In this document: piece by piece, positions 1 to 8,237 of the stretch
Layout of the letters: the number at the start of each line of letters is the position of its first letter
Position numbering within the stretch: the first letter of the stretch is position 1
Assembly (NCBI GenBank): GCA_043812495.1
Contig: JBDRMG010000005.1
Span: 1-41,539 of the forward strand
DNA length: 41,539 nucleotides
Direction: 5' to 3'
Origin: Candidatus Omnitrophota bacterium
Lineage (GTDB): Bacteria > Omnitrophota > Gorgyraeia > Zapsychrales > JBDRMG01
Translations under genes and position numbers: made by a program
The notes under the pieces: model-generated
What the model saw: only the letters and a program-made list of their open reading frames with translations
What the model was told of the DNA's origin: nothing
The model's database searches: none

Positions 1-2
1 GA

Positions 3-128
3 CAATGTAAAGAAGCTGTCGCGTCTCTTATCATCATCGACTCTACTTGCTTGTTATCAAAGAACCCTAAAGCGGCTGAAATCCTCAAGATTAAATCACA
101 AAGGTTTAAAGAACGGCTCAAAAATTAA
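3..128 (+). CDS. Possible 3' end of a convergent gene truncated by the window edge (...AAEILKIKSQRFKERLKN*)
   Basis: Frame 3 is open from the window start to TAA at 126-128. Frame 1 is also open to 150, so the frame is uncertain; no family recognised. Confidence 0.25.
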   Translation, partial: QCKEAVASLIIIDSTCLLSKNPKAAEILKIKSQRFKERLKN

Positions 129-173
129 CAAAGTCCTGTTACTAAATTGACGAAACATAGCCCTGCTTTGAAA

Positions 174-809
174 TTAAAAACTATGCGCAGCAGGACTGAT
201 GCGCGAGGTTAATGTATATTCCGGATTGGAGGGCGCGCCGCACGCCAGATCACCGGTAAGATCCGGTCGAAAGCAGTCCGTGATAGTGACCTGAAGATAA
301 AGGTCCCCCGCGCCAGGATCGGGTAACTGAAAATTAAAATTTGTTGCCTGCCCGATGACAGGATCCGCGCCTAAGCAGTCATTGATTAATGCCCAATTAT
401 TAAATTCACAGTAATGGATATTATTGTCAACCAACGGCGGTTGAAAGCGTGTATAACACCTCGCGACATCATCCGCATAATCTCCGGGAGTGGGTAAGGG
501 TAAAGTTGGATCATCAAATCGCATACACAAGGTTGATTCTGCAGCTGAGCTCAAATCAGCCAGACCCCAAGCAGATAAATCACCTGTGGCTTGCTGTGCA
601 TGCTTGGCAATATCCATCATGACAACAGACGTGCGCATGGCTAAAATCGCGTTACGCGAACTGCCTTCCCGCATCTGCCGAACGGCAATATCCATCGAGA
701 TGGCGCCGATCGCGACAATTCCAATGAGGACCGAAGCGATGAGAAGCTCGGTTAACGTCATACCGTGAGGATTTCTGATAGGGTTTTGGTGTTGGGAAAA
801 TAAAGCCAT
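174..809 (-). CDS. Minor type IV pilin (PilW-like), Cys-rich C-terminal domain
   Basis: Class III signal peptide G|MTLTELLIASVLIGIVAIG with Glu+5 and hydrophobic helix; last gene of the pilin run. Confidence 0.8.
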   Translation of the reverse strand: MALFSQHQNPIRNPHGMTLTELLIASVLIGIVAIGAISMDIAVRQMREGSSRNAILAMRTSVVMMDIAKHAQQATGDLSAWGLADLSSAAESTLCMRFDDPTLPLPTPGDYADDVARCYTRFQPPLVDNNIHYCEFNNWALINDCLGADPVIGQATNFNFQLPDPGAGDLYLQVTITDCFRPDLTGDLACGAPSNPEYTLTSRISPAAHSF

Positions 810-810
810 T

Positions 811-1182
811 TTATTCAGTCCATGTGATCGTTAGATCAACCTTGCGTAGGCCCGGCGGCACATCGGTGCAAACATAAGTTGCCCGACCGTTAAAGTCATC
901 AAAAAAAGGATTTCCTGCCGGGATATCCGGCCAATTATGGGACGCCCCGTCGCAAGTTAGATACCAGGCAGCCCAGCTATCTTGATCGATCTTTCCGCGT
1001 AATTCTTCTAAGAGCTGCCGTCCGTAATAAGCCGCTTGAAGGGAACGGTCTTTTAGGTTGGATGACCGACGCATGGAGGAAAGGGTGGAAAAAGTTCCAA
1101 CCGCGGCAATCGCGAAGATAACCGTGGAAATGAGAATCTCAACAAGTGATACACCTTTGTTTTTTATGAGAGAATTTAACAT
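811..1182 (-). CDS. Minor type IV pilin (PilV/GspI-like)
   Basis: KNKG|VSLVEILISTVIFAIAAVG; 'AAYYGRQLLEELR' helix and terminal 'LRKVDLTITW' strand typical of PilV/GspI. Confidence 0.8.
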   Translation of the reverse strand: MLNSLIKNKGVSLVEILISTVIFAIAAVGTFSTLSSMRRSSNLKDRSLQAAYYGRQLLEELRGKIDQDSWAAWYLTCDGASHNWPDIPAGNPFFDDFNGRATYVCTDVPPGLRKVDLTITWTE

Positions 1183-1185
1183 GCC

Positions 1186-1605
1186 TTAATAAGCGCACCC
1201 CCCATATGCGCAGGAAGGGTTGCCGCCTCCAGGAACAACAGGACCTTCATTGACAATCAATCCCCAGGCACCACCGCCTGTAAAGTCAGCGGTACAGCTA
1301 AAGGTCAAACCGTCGTTTGTCGGGGATGTACACGCATACGTCATTTGGTTGGCGATAATGTTCAGATTCAGGTTGGTATTGATGGCTATAAGATTATTAG
1401 AGGCGCTGGTATCCGGCCAAAATGTTCCATTTTCCGACCGAAAACCATGGGACGCCGCATGAATAGCGATTAAATTATTGATGGCTTCTCTGGCATGAGC
1501 CCTCTCAACACTGCGCCTGAGATTAGGAATGGCAAAGGCTGCAACGATTCCGATGATAATTACTACGACCATCAATTCAGCTAATGTAAAAGCTTTGTTT
1601 TTCAT
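1186..1605 (-). CDS. Type IV pilin (PilE-like)
   Basis: KNKA|FTLAELMVVVIIIGIVAAFAIP N-methylation motif. Confidence 0.88.
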   Translation of the reverse strand: MKNKAFTLAELMVVVIIIGIVAAFAIPNLRRSVERAHAREAINNLIAIHAASHGFRSENGTFWPDTSASNNLIAINTNLNLNIIANQMTYACTSPTNDGLTFSCTADFTGGGAWGLIVNEGPVVPGGGNPSCAYGGCAY

Positions 1606-1608
1606 AAC

Positions 1609-2052
1609 CTAGAATCCCATTTTTGAACAGATATTCGGTATTGTGCCGTCCGTGCAAAAAATATTGGCTGGATCACCCTGACCGCAAATTTCTAAGGTGT
1701 ATAAAACGCCTGTCCGCACAATCGAAGCCAGACGATTGTTTGTGCAATTTCCGCCTCCTCCACCATTTTGCAGGACAGGTGCATTGAAGTTTCTCGGAAA
1801 AGGTTCGCCGTTCAGCCCGGGAACTCCGATATCAAGATCTAAAATATTCGCCGTGTAATTACCACTCTCCAGCCGCCATCGCTCCTGAGCGGCGCGGATA
1901 GCCGCCAAAATATTCGTACCTTCGGTCGATCGCTGGCGTTCGACGACAAAACTTAGCCTTGGAAGGGCAAGGCCCGCCAGAATGCCAATAATAATGACAA
2001 CAATTGTAATTTCTACTAAAGTAAATCCTTTTGTCGAAACGAGCTTGCTCAT
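1609..2052 (-). CDS. Type IV pilin (PilE-like)
   Basis: TKG|FTLVEITIVVIIIGILAGLALP motif; C-terminal Cys pairs. Confidence 0.88.
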   Translation of the reverse strand: MSKLVSTKGFTLVEITIVVIIIGILAGLALPRLSFVVERQRSTEGTNILAAIRAAQERWRLESGNYTANILDLDIGVPGLNGEPFPRNFNAPVLQNGGGGGNCTNNRLASIVRTGVLYTLEICGQGDPANIFCTDGTIPNICSKMGF

Positions 2053-2075
2053 GAGTTAAGGAATTCCTTTAAGAG

Positions 2076-2125
2076 ACAAAACAACACTTAAATAAAGCAT
2101 AATGCCTATTTAAGTGTTGTTTTGT
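2076..2125 (-). terminator. 19-bp stem-loop directly after the probable major pilin (terminator/attenuator or mRNA-stabilising hairpin)
   Basis: ACAAAACAACACTTAAATA (2076-2094) is the perfect reverse complement of 2107-2125; starts 12 nt past the pilin stop. Confidence 0.65.
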
Positions 2126-2137
2126 GTGATTCTTAAA

Positions 2138-2542
2138 TTATCTTATAGCTCCAAAAACGCCAGTACCTCTTTTACTGCCTGTATCATCAATTGTAATAAC
2201 ATCAGTCGAACCATTTCTCGTTGCAGTTATTGTAAATTGTCCTGGAGTCCCACCAACAATGGCAAAGGTATAGGTAAACATAGCATTAGTAGGAGTATTA
2301 GGATTTTCAACATCCAAATCAGTCCATAAAATACAATTAGTTGCCCAGTTAGCGGCTGTAGGGTTCTGGAGGTAGCAGCGATTTATAGATTGGCGCAGCG
2401 TTCCAAGGTTCGAAAGCGCTTCCATACCCCGCGAATACTCAACGGTTCTAAAGAATCTAGGTACGGCCAAACCGGCCAACACACCAACGATGATGATGAC
2501 GATGATGATTTCCAATAATGTAAAACCTTTGTTTCCTTTCAT
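2138..2542 (-). CDS. pilA: Type IV pilin, probable major pilin
   Basis: NKG|FTLLEIIIVIIIVGVLAGLAVP; strong SD AAGGAGG; followed by a strong hairpin. Major-pilin status is inferred. Confidence 0.75.
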   Translation of the reverse strand: MKGNKGFTLLEIIIVIIIVGVLAGLAVPRFFRTVEYSRGMEALSNLGTLRQSINRCYLQNPTAANWATNCILWTDLDVENPNTPTNAMFTYTFAIVGGTPGQFTITATRNGSTDVITIDDTGSKRGTGVFGAIR

Positions 2543-2652
2543 TTCCCCCTCCTTGATTTAACCGAATTAATAATTGCTAGAAATTCTCTACTATTTTCAT
2601 TAAATTTTCTTCCGCTCAACACCCCCCTTCAATCACAAAATCAAATTTCAAA

Positions 2653-3897
2653 TTAATTGCCCGGCCCGCCCCCGATATCCGAAAGGCTAAACACAGGCAG
2701 GAACATCGCAATCACAATGACGCCAATGAGCCCTCCAATAAATACTAGCATAAACGGCTCAAAGATTGTACCAAAACGTTTTAAAAATGTTTGAACCGAA
2801 TTTTGGTAAAATTGAGATACTTTCGAGAGCATTTTGGATAATTCGCCGGTTTCTTCGCCGATCATGATCATTTGAATCGTCATCGGTGGAAAAAAATTAC
2901 TCGCGGCCATCGGATCAGCCACGAGTTTCCCTTGGCGAACACCTTCTTTTACGCTAGTAAGCACCTTTTCAGCCGTCACATTACCGATTAAACGCTGCGT
3001 TATTTCAAGGGCGTATAAAATCGGCACACCGCTGTCAACCAAAATAGCCATTTGTGATGTAAATCTTTCGATCACAATGGTTTTATAAATATCACCAAAT
3101 TTCGGTAAAGAAAAGAGCAAACCTTCAAATTGCAGCCGGCCACTTGGTGTTTTCACGTATTCTCTACCTATAAAAAGTATAGCACCCACAACTCCTATTA
3201 TCACTAAGAATTTCGTTTTTATAAAGTCAAATATGCCTAATAGTATAGTCGTTAATAGCGGGAGCTTGGTGTCAAATTGCTCAAAAAGGCTCTTGAATTT
3301 TGGCCCGACAAATAAGGCAAAGAAGGTAATGGCTCCGATCGCCACAAAGAAAAGAATAACCGGGTAAATAATGGCCGATACGATTTCTCTTTGGAATTCC
3401 TCTTTTTGGTCAAGATAAAAAGCCAGTTTTTCTAAAACCGTTGGCATAGTTCCTGAGGCCTCTCCGACTTCCACAAGGCTCACCCAGAATTGATTAAAAA
3501 CTTTAGGGTGTTTGGCCAGGCTTGCGCTTAGCGAATTTCCGTGTTCAACATCTTTTCTGACTTGTTTAAGGACATTGGCCATGTCTTTGCTTTCGACCTG
3601 GAGGCAAATGACATCAAGGCTGCGCAAAAGCGTCACGCCGGCATCCAGCATGGTGGCCAGTTGATGGCAAAAAATCAGCTGATCATTGAGCTTGACTTTG
3701 GAATGCGTATATTTCTGACTCTTGATCGCCTCTCTTTTTTCGGGCTTGGAAACAGAAGCTGAGAACGGCTGCATGCTTGTTACGAAATAACCTTGACTTT
3801 GAAGGTGCGTGACAAGACTGGCTTCATCAGAGGCTTCGTCAGTTCCGGTAATCGTCTTTCCTTTGTCGTCCTTAACCGTATACGAATAGCGCGGCAA
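2653..3897 (-). CDS. pilC: Type IV pilus platform protein PilC (GspF family)
   Basis: 'FCHQLATMLDAGVTLLRSL', 'VGEASGTM', 'IGEETGELSKML', 'EPFMLVFIG...AMFLPVF'; TTG start with SD AAGGAG. Confidence 0.95.
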   Translation of the reverse strand: MPRYSYTVKDDKGKTITGTDEASDEASLVTHLQSQGYFVTSMQPFSASVSKPEKREAIKSQKYTHSKVKLNDQLIFCHQLATMLDAGVTLLRSLDVICLQVESKDMANVLKQVRKDVEHGNSLSASLAKHPKVFNQFWVSLVEVGEASGTMPTVLEKLAFYLDQKEEFQREIVSAIIYPVILFFVAIGAITFFALFVGPKFKSLFEQFDTKLPLLTTILLGIFDFIKTKFLVIIGVVGAILFIGREYVKTPSGRLQFEGLLFSLPKFGDIYKTIVIERFTSQMAILVDSGVPILYALEITQRLIGNVTAEKVLTSVKEGVRQGKLVADPMAASNFFPPMTIQMIMIGEETGELSKMLSKVSQFYQNSVQTFLKRFGTIFEPFMLVFIGGLIGVIVIAMFLPVFSLSDIGGGPGN

Positions 3898-3910
3898 CGT
3901 TATTCTCCTT

Positions 3911-3985
3911 TCAATGAGCCCGCCATTGATTCAGTGGCGGGCGAATTGACCCCGAGTCCGCCACAAGCATTGGCGGACTCGGGGT
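3911..3985 (+). repeat. Tandem-GA hairpin element, solitary copy 1 (pilB-pilC spacer)
   Basis: TCAAT-GA-GCCCGCCA..TGGCGGGC-GA-ATTGA, then perfect 15-bp hairpin ACCCCGAGTCCGCCA / TGGCGGACTCGGGGT. Same architecture at 24163, 24657 and 25590. Confidence 0.8.
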
Positions 3986-4001
3986 ACAGCAAATTCCTTT
4001 G

Positions 4002-5726
4002 TTAGAGAGTTACGCTGAAGACTTCTTCTAAGCTTGTTATCCCGGCTTCAACCTTTCTTAAGCCGGATTCCAAAAGAGTGTTCATCCCGTTTTTTCTGGC
4101 TGTATCTTTGATTTGCGAATAAGAAGTTTGCGAAGCGATTAATTTTCTCAGCTCATCGTCCAGGAGCATAACTTCTGCGATGGCCAAGCGTCCTCGGTAT
4201 CCTGTTTGATTGCATTCTTCGCAGCCTTTGGCGCGATAAATAAGATCCGCCTTCAGTTTAATATTTCTCAGTTGTTCTCCGGTTGGCTCGTACGCTTCTT
4301 TGCATTTTGGGCATAGCTTACGCGCGAGCCGCTGTCCGACAACCATAATCAAAGACGGCATCAAAAGGTACGATTCAATGCCGATATCAAGCAGCCGCGT
4401 GATCGCAGAGGCCGCATCGTTGGTATGCAGGGTGCTTAAAACGAAATGACCTGTCAAGGCCGCGCGTACGCATATTTGCGCTGTTTCAAGGTCGCGGACT
4501 TCACCGACCATCATGACATCCGGGTCCTGACGCAAGAATGACCGCAACGCTGAGGCAAAGGTAAGACCGATATCCGGTTTGATGTTGACCTGATTGATTC
4601 CGTTGAGCCTGAATTCTACAGGATCTTCGATGGTCATGATATTTTTGCGCGGATCGATAATCTCGTTAATGGCGGCATACAGGGTTGTGGATTTTCCGCT
4701 TCCTGTTGGGCCGGTAACAAAAAACAGACCATAGGGCGATTTGATCGCTTTGCGGATGAGTTCGAGCTGTTTGGCTTCATATCCCAAGAGAGAAAGATCT
4801 AAAGGGACGCTGCTTTGATCCAAGATGCGCATGACCACCTTCTCGCCCCATACGGTCGGTATGGTAGAAATGCGCAAATCAACGGTTCGGTCTTCCAGCT
4901 TCACCATGATGGCGCCGTCCTGAGGAAGCCGCTTTTCGGCGATATCCAGCTTAGAGAGAATCTTGATACGGGATATAATCGGCAAATGCAAATGACGGGC
5001 CGGAGGAGGGATTTCGTACAAGGATCCGTCAATGCGATAGCGCAAGTTGATCTTATCCTTATAGGGTTCGATGTGAATGTCGCTCGCCCGCTCATCAATA
5101 GCCTGGCGGATAATCAAATCGACAAGCTTAACTACCGGGGCCTCTTCGGCACGGGCAATCAGCTTATCAAGGCTCAACTCTGTTTCTTCTTGACTCAGAA
5201 TTGAGGTTTGCTGGCTTTCCAGATACGGCATTTGGACGCCGTATGTGTTTTGAACCGCTTCACCAAGCATGGACGGATGCGTTGTGCTGTAAAAATCTTC
5301 AATGGCATGGATAATATCCGAACGCGTCGCTAAAACAAGATTGACTTCGCAGCCGGTGATTTTCTTTAAATTATCGATCATCAGAAGGTCAAGAGGATCA
5401 AAAACCGCGCACGTGAGCGAATTCATATTGCGCGATAAAGGCAAAACTAAATTTTTCTGCGCGAATTCCTTGGGAACCAATACATCGAGCTCTTGGTCGG
5501 CTTGGGGGTTTAAGAGACCTGCTTTACGCGACGCATAAGGAAGAGAAAATTGTTTCGCCAAGGCCGAGACCATTTCTTCTTCTTTAATGATACCGAGCTT
5601 GATGAAAATTTCTCCGATGCGTCCTCCCTCTTTCTTCTGAAGGGCGATGGCCTGTTTTAACTGATCATCCGTGATCAGGCCTTGTTTGACGAGTATTTCA
5701 CCTAATTTTAGATAACTCATGGTCAT
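4002..5726 (-). CDS. pilB: Type IV pilus extension ATPase PilB/GspE with N-terminal MshEN domain
   Basis: Walker A GPTGSGKSTT, 'TIEDPVE', 'LRQDPDVMMVGEVRD', 'STLHTND', CPKC/CEEC zinc motif; N-terminal KLGEILVKQGLI..Q / RIGEIFIKLGII..Q repeats. Confidence 0.96.
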   Translation of the reverse strand: MTMSYLKLGEILVKQGLITDDQLKQAIALQKKEGGRIGEIFIKLGIIKEEEMVSALAKQFSLPYASRKAGLLNPQADQELDVLVPKEFAQKNLVLPLSRNMNSLTCAVFDPLDLLMIDNLKKITGCEVNLVLATRSDIIHAIEDFYSTTHPSMLGEAVQNTYGVQMPYLESQQTSILSQEETELSLDKLIARAEEAPVVKLVDLIIRQAIDERASDIHIEPYKDKINLRYRIDGSLYEIPPPARHLHLPIISRIKILSKLDIAEKRLPQDGAIMVKLEDRTVDLRISTIPTVWGEKVVMRILDQSSVPLDLSLLGYEAKQLELIRKAIKSPYGLFFVTGPTGSGKSTTLYAAINEIIDPRKNIMTIEDPVEFRLNGINQVNIKPDIGLTFASALRSFLRQDPDVMMVGEVRDLETAQICVRAALTGHFVLSTLHTNDAASAITRLLDIGIESYLLMPSLIMVVGQRLARKLCPKCKEAYEPTGEQLRNIKLKADLIYRAKGCEECNQTGYRGRLAIAEVMLLDDELRKLIASQTSYSQIKDTARKNGMNTLLESGLRKVEAGITSLEEVFSVTL

Positions 5727-5732
5727 TTGCGT

Positions 5733-7211
5733 TTATTTTTCTAAAGAACCCAATGCTGCCTCTATTTCCTGAAGTTTTTTAGAAGGAATGTCCTGCTCTC
5801 GAAGCATAGGACCTGTATCGCGCATGGCGAGGCGCGGTGATCGCTCTTCCGACACAATATGCGGTGTAATGAAAATAACCAATTCGCGGTTCGTGTCTCC
5901 CGCGTTTTTATGGCGGAAGGCTGCGCCAATAATAGGGATATCGCTGATAAAAGGAACCTTTGTTTTTATGTTTTCGAATTCTTTTCGCAGGAGTCCGCCA
6001 AGGATAATTGTTTCTCCGTCTCTAATGCGTAAAATAGATTTTGAACCGCGATTTTCGGGGTCCTTAAAGGTTTGGCCCGAAAATGTTCCTCCGGTCTTGG
6101 CTTCGATAACACGGGGAGCGATGGCCATCGTGATTTCGCTTGTTTGCAAGTTGGCCTGGGGCGTGACGGTTAAGAAGATGCCTGTTTGGACACGCTCCGC
6201 CTCAACAGATAAAACCGATGAACCTTCCGCCGATTGCGTTACGGATTTTATTCCGATGGCCTCATTGGTTGAAATGCGAATTTGTGCTGTTTCATTGTTG
6301 AGTGTTAGGATGCGCGGACGGGCCAGGCTTTTGGTATCGGTATTTGTTTTTAACAATTGCAAGGTCGCCGATAAGCCGGACGCATCAATGGTGCCGACGC
6401 GATATTCATCCGCCGTAAAGCCGATTTTATCAGCAATTTTATTATTATTCCAAGGGTAATAATGGTCACGTTCGGCGCCAGTAAGGACGAGAGGTGTTTC
6501 TCCAAATTTAACACCCAAAAGATCGGCCGTCGCCTGCGAGATATCCAGCATCTCCACTTCGATGAGAATCTGAGGGATGGGAACATCTAAGCGGGCGATC
6601 GTGCGCTCAATCATAGGAAACTGACTGGGTAAATCCGTTACAATGATGCTGTTGGTGCGGGGATCTTCGATGATTTTGCCCAGCTCAGACAAGACTCCTT
6701 TCAAAGCCGGGACAAGCCCAGAATCTTCACTTTTTGATGATGAATCGGAGCTTGACCCGCTGTCCGCGTCTTCGATAATCGCAAAGGTGTTGTTCAGCTT
6801 TGAGGAAAGCACTGTAGCATACTTCAATTTATAAACACGCGTAATCACTTGAATGTCGGGCTCTTTAATGGGTTTCACGACAAATATATTGCTTTCAGGT
6901 TTGATTTCATAGGTCAGATTGTTCGCCTGCAAAATTCTTTCCAGCGCCTGATCAACGGGAACTTTATCCAGATAAAGGGTGATTTTCTTTTTGATCACTT
7001 CATCGGCCGCGATAAAATTAAGCCCCGACTGCTGTGAGAAAATCTTTAACACGTCGTTGAGATCCGCATTCTCAAAATCCATGGAGATCGTTTTTGAATA
7101 CTCAGGATAAATAAAACGACTCTCGCTTAAGACGCCGGCAAACGATTGATGTGGCGACAGAAGAACAAGCGTACAGATTAATCCCATAAATATCAATTGC
7201 GAATACTTCAT
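5733..7211 (-). CDS. pilQ: Outer-membrane secretin (PilQ/GspD family, short form)
   Basis: Signal peptide; 'ISMDFENADLNDVLKIFS' N0 domain, 'DPRTNSIIVTD' N3 domain, secretin core 'DGETIILGGL', 'KVPFISDIPIIGAAF', 'ELVIFITPHI'. Confidence 0.9.
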   Translation of the reverse strand: MKYSQLIFMGLICTLVLLSPHQSFAGVLSESRFIYPEYSKTISMDFENADLNDVLKIFSQQSGLNFIAADEVIKKKITLYLDKVPVDQALERILQANNLTYEIKPESNIFVVKPIKEPDIQVITRVYKLKYATVLSSKLNNTFAIIEDADSGSSSDSSSKSEDSGLVPALKGVLSELGKIIEDPRTNSIIVTDLPSQFPMIERTIARLDVPIPQILIEVEMLDISQATADLLGVKFGETPLVLTGAERDHYYPWNNNKIADKIGFTADEYRVGTIDASGLSATLQLLKTNTDTKSLARPRILTLNNETAQIRISTNEAIGIKSVTQSAEGSSVLSVEAERVQTGIFLTVTPQANLQTSEITMAIAPRVIEAKTGGTFSGQTFKDPENRGSKSILRIRDGETIILGGLLRKEFENIKTKVPFISDIPIIGAAFRHKNAGDTNRELVIFITPHIVSEERSPRLAMRDTGPMLREQDIPSKKLQEIEAALGSLEK

Positions 7212-7227
7212 AAGCCCTCCCTTAGTG

Positions 7228-7620
7228 TTACTTTTCTATAGTAAAGTTCTTTTCCATGTACTGAATCTTAATTCCTGATCGATTGATATCAATGATTTTT
7301 GCCTCTTCGACCACATCTCCGATGTTGACAACCATATTATTGATAATGGCCTGCGGGCGATCCGTATTCCAAATAACACCCGAAATCAGCAATGACGGCG
7401 GAATAATTTCCTGTTCCGGTCGCGTTTCGATAGGCGTCGGTAAAGGTCGTACCGGCATGATGAGTTCAGGTGTTGGCTGAATGATAATCGGTTCTTGCCG
7501 TTTGGGCAGGGCGGATTCAAAAGGATTCTTAAACGACAGATGCTCTGAAGGGGTATTTTGAGCCCAGCCCCCTGCGCTCATCACCAATAATATTATACTT
7601 GTTAAAATAAGTTTTTTCAT
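7228..7620 (-). CDS. PilP/GspC-like exported accessory protein
   Basis: Signal peptide, 'KNPF' motif, Pro-rich linker, 'ISGVIW...AIIN..VVNIGD.V' beta domain; lies between pilO-like and secretin genes. Confidence 0.7.
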   Translation of the reverse strand: MKKLILTSIILLVMSAGGWAQNTPSEHLSFKNPFESALPKRQEPIIIQPTPELIMPVRPLPTPIETRPEQEIIPPSLLISGVIWNTDRPQAIINNMVVNIGDVVEEAKIIDINRSGIKIQYMEKNFTIEK

Positions 7621-8225
7621 TTCATCTCTATAAAATTTACAGAGGTGACCGTTAAGGTCACATTTATTTTTTCTTCATCAAGGTCTGCGATCGAACGCTG
7701 GGTGCGGCGTCTGGGAACCTGCGAAGTCGCTTCCCAGGCATCCACGCGAAGGTTTCCTTTAGAGTTCTCGATGTCCTTAGCAAAAAATCCAGTATCTTCA
7801 TATGTATCGGCGACAATATCAAATCGGACGCTTAAAGTCGCGTACTGATCAAAAGAAGTTGATGCGCTGGGCGCATAGGATGAAATTTGGATGTTGTGAT
7901 TAATAGCCAATTCGTTAATGCGGTCAACGACATCGTTTAAGTTTCCGTATCCTTTGGGCAAGGACTGAAAAAAATCATTTTTTGATTTCTTGGACAGCTC
8001 CAGAGCATCAACGGTTTTTGATTTTACTTCTAAATCTTCGACCTCTTTTGCTAATTCACTGGCTTTAACATTTCGATCCCCGACGATTCTGCCGGATATA
8101 AAAAGAAAAACAATGACAAGCCCGATGTTGGCTAAAATATCTTTACGGTTAAATGCTTTTGAGCGCAATTTTGCCCAATCAATGCTTTTAATATCGTATT
8201 CGCTCAAATCTTTAAAGGTGATCAT
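7617..8225 (-). CDS. pilO: PilO-like alignment protein
   Basis: Single TM, coiled coil, 'INELAINHNIQISS', 'TYEDTGFFAKDIEN'; syntenic position. Confidence 0.7.
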   Translation of the reverse strand: MITFKDLSEYDIKSIDWAKLRSKAFNRKDILANIGLVIVFLFISGRIVGDRNVKASELAKEVEDLEVKSKTVDALELSKKSKNDFFQSLPKGYGNLNDVVDRINELAINHNIQISSYAPSASTSFDQYATLSVRFDIVADTYEDTGFFAKDIENSKGNLRVDAWEATSQVPRRRTQRSIADLDEEKINVTLTVTSVNFIEMK

Positions 8226-8237
8226 CGGTTCGTTTCC

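Noticed and set aside
3911..3949. AATGA-stem-GAA resembling a hammerhead ribozyme core or a SECIS quartet
   Set aside because: The required CUGANGA/GAAA core is absent, the flanks pair as a continuous stem, copies occur in both orientations, and no in-frame UGA selenoprotein is evident.
5788..6459. Long plus-strand ORFs such as 5788-6459, 28537-29202 and 25892-26401
   Set aside because: Antisense shadows of well-supported minus-strand genes; no family motifs.
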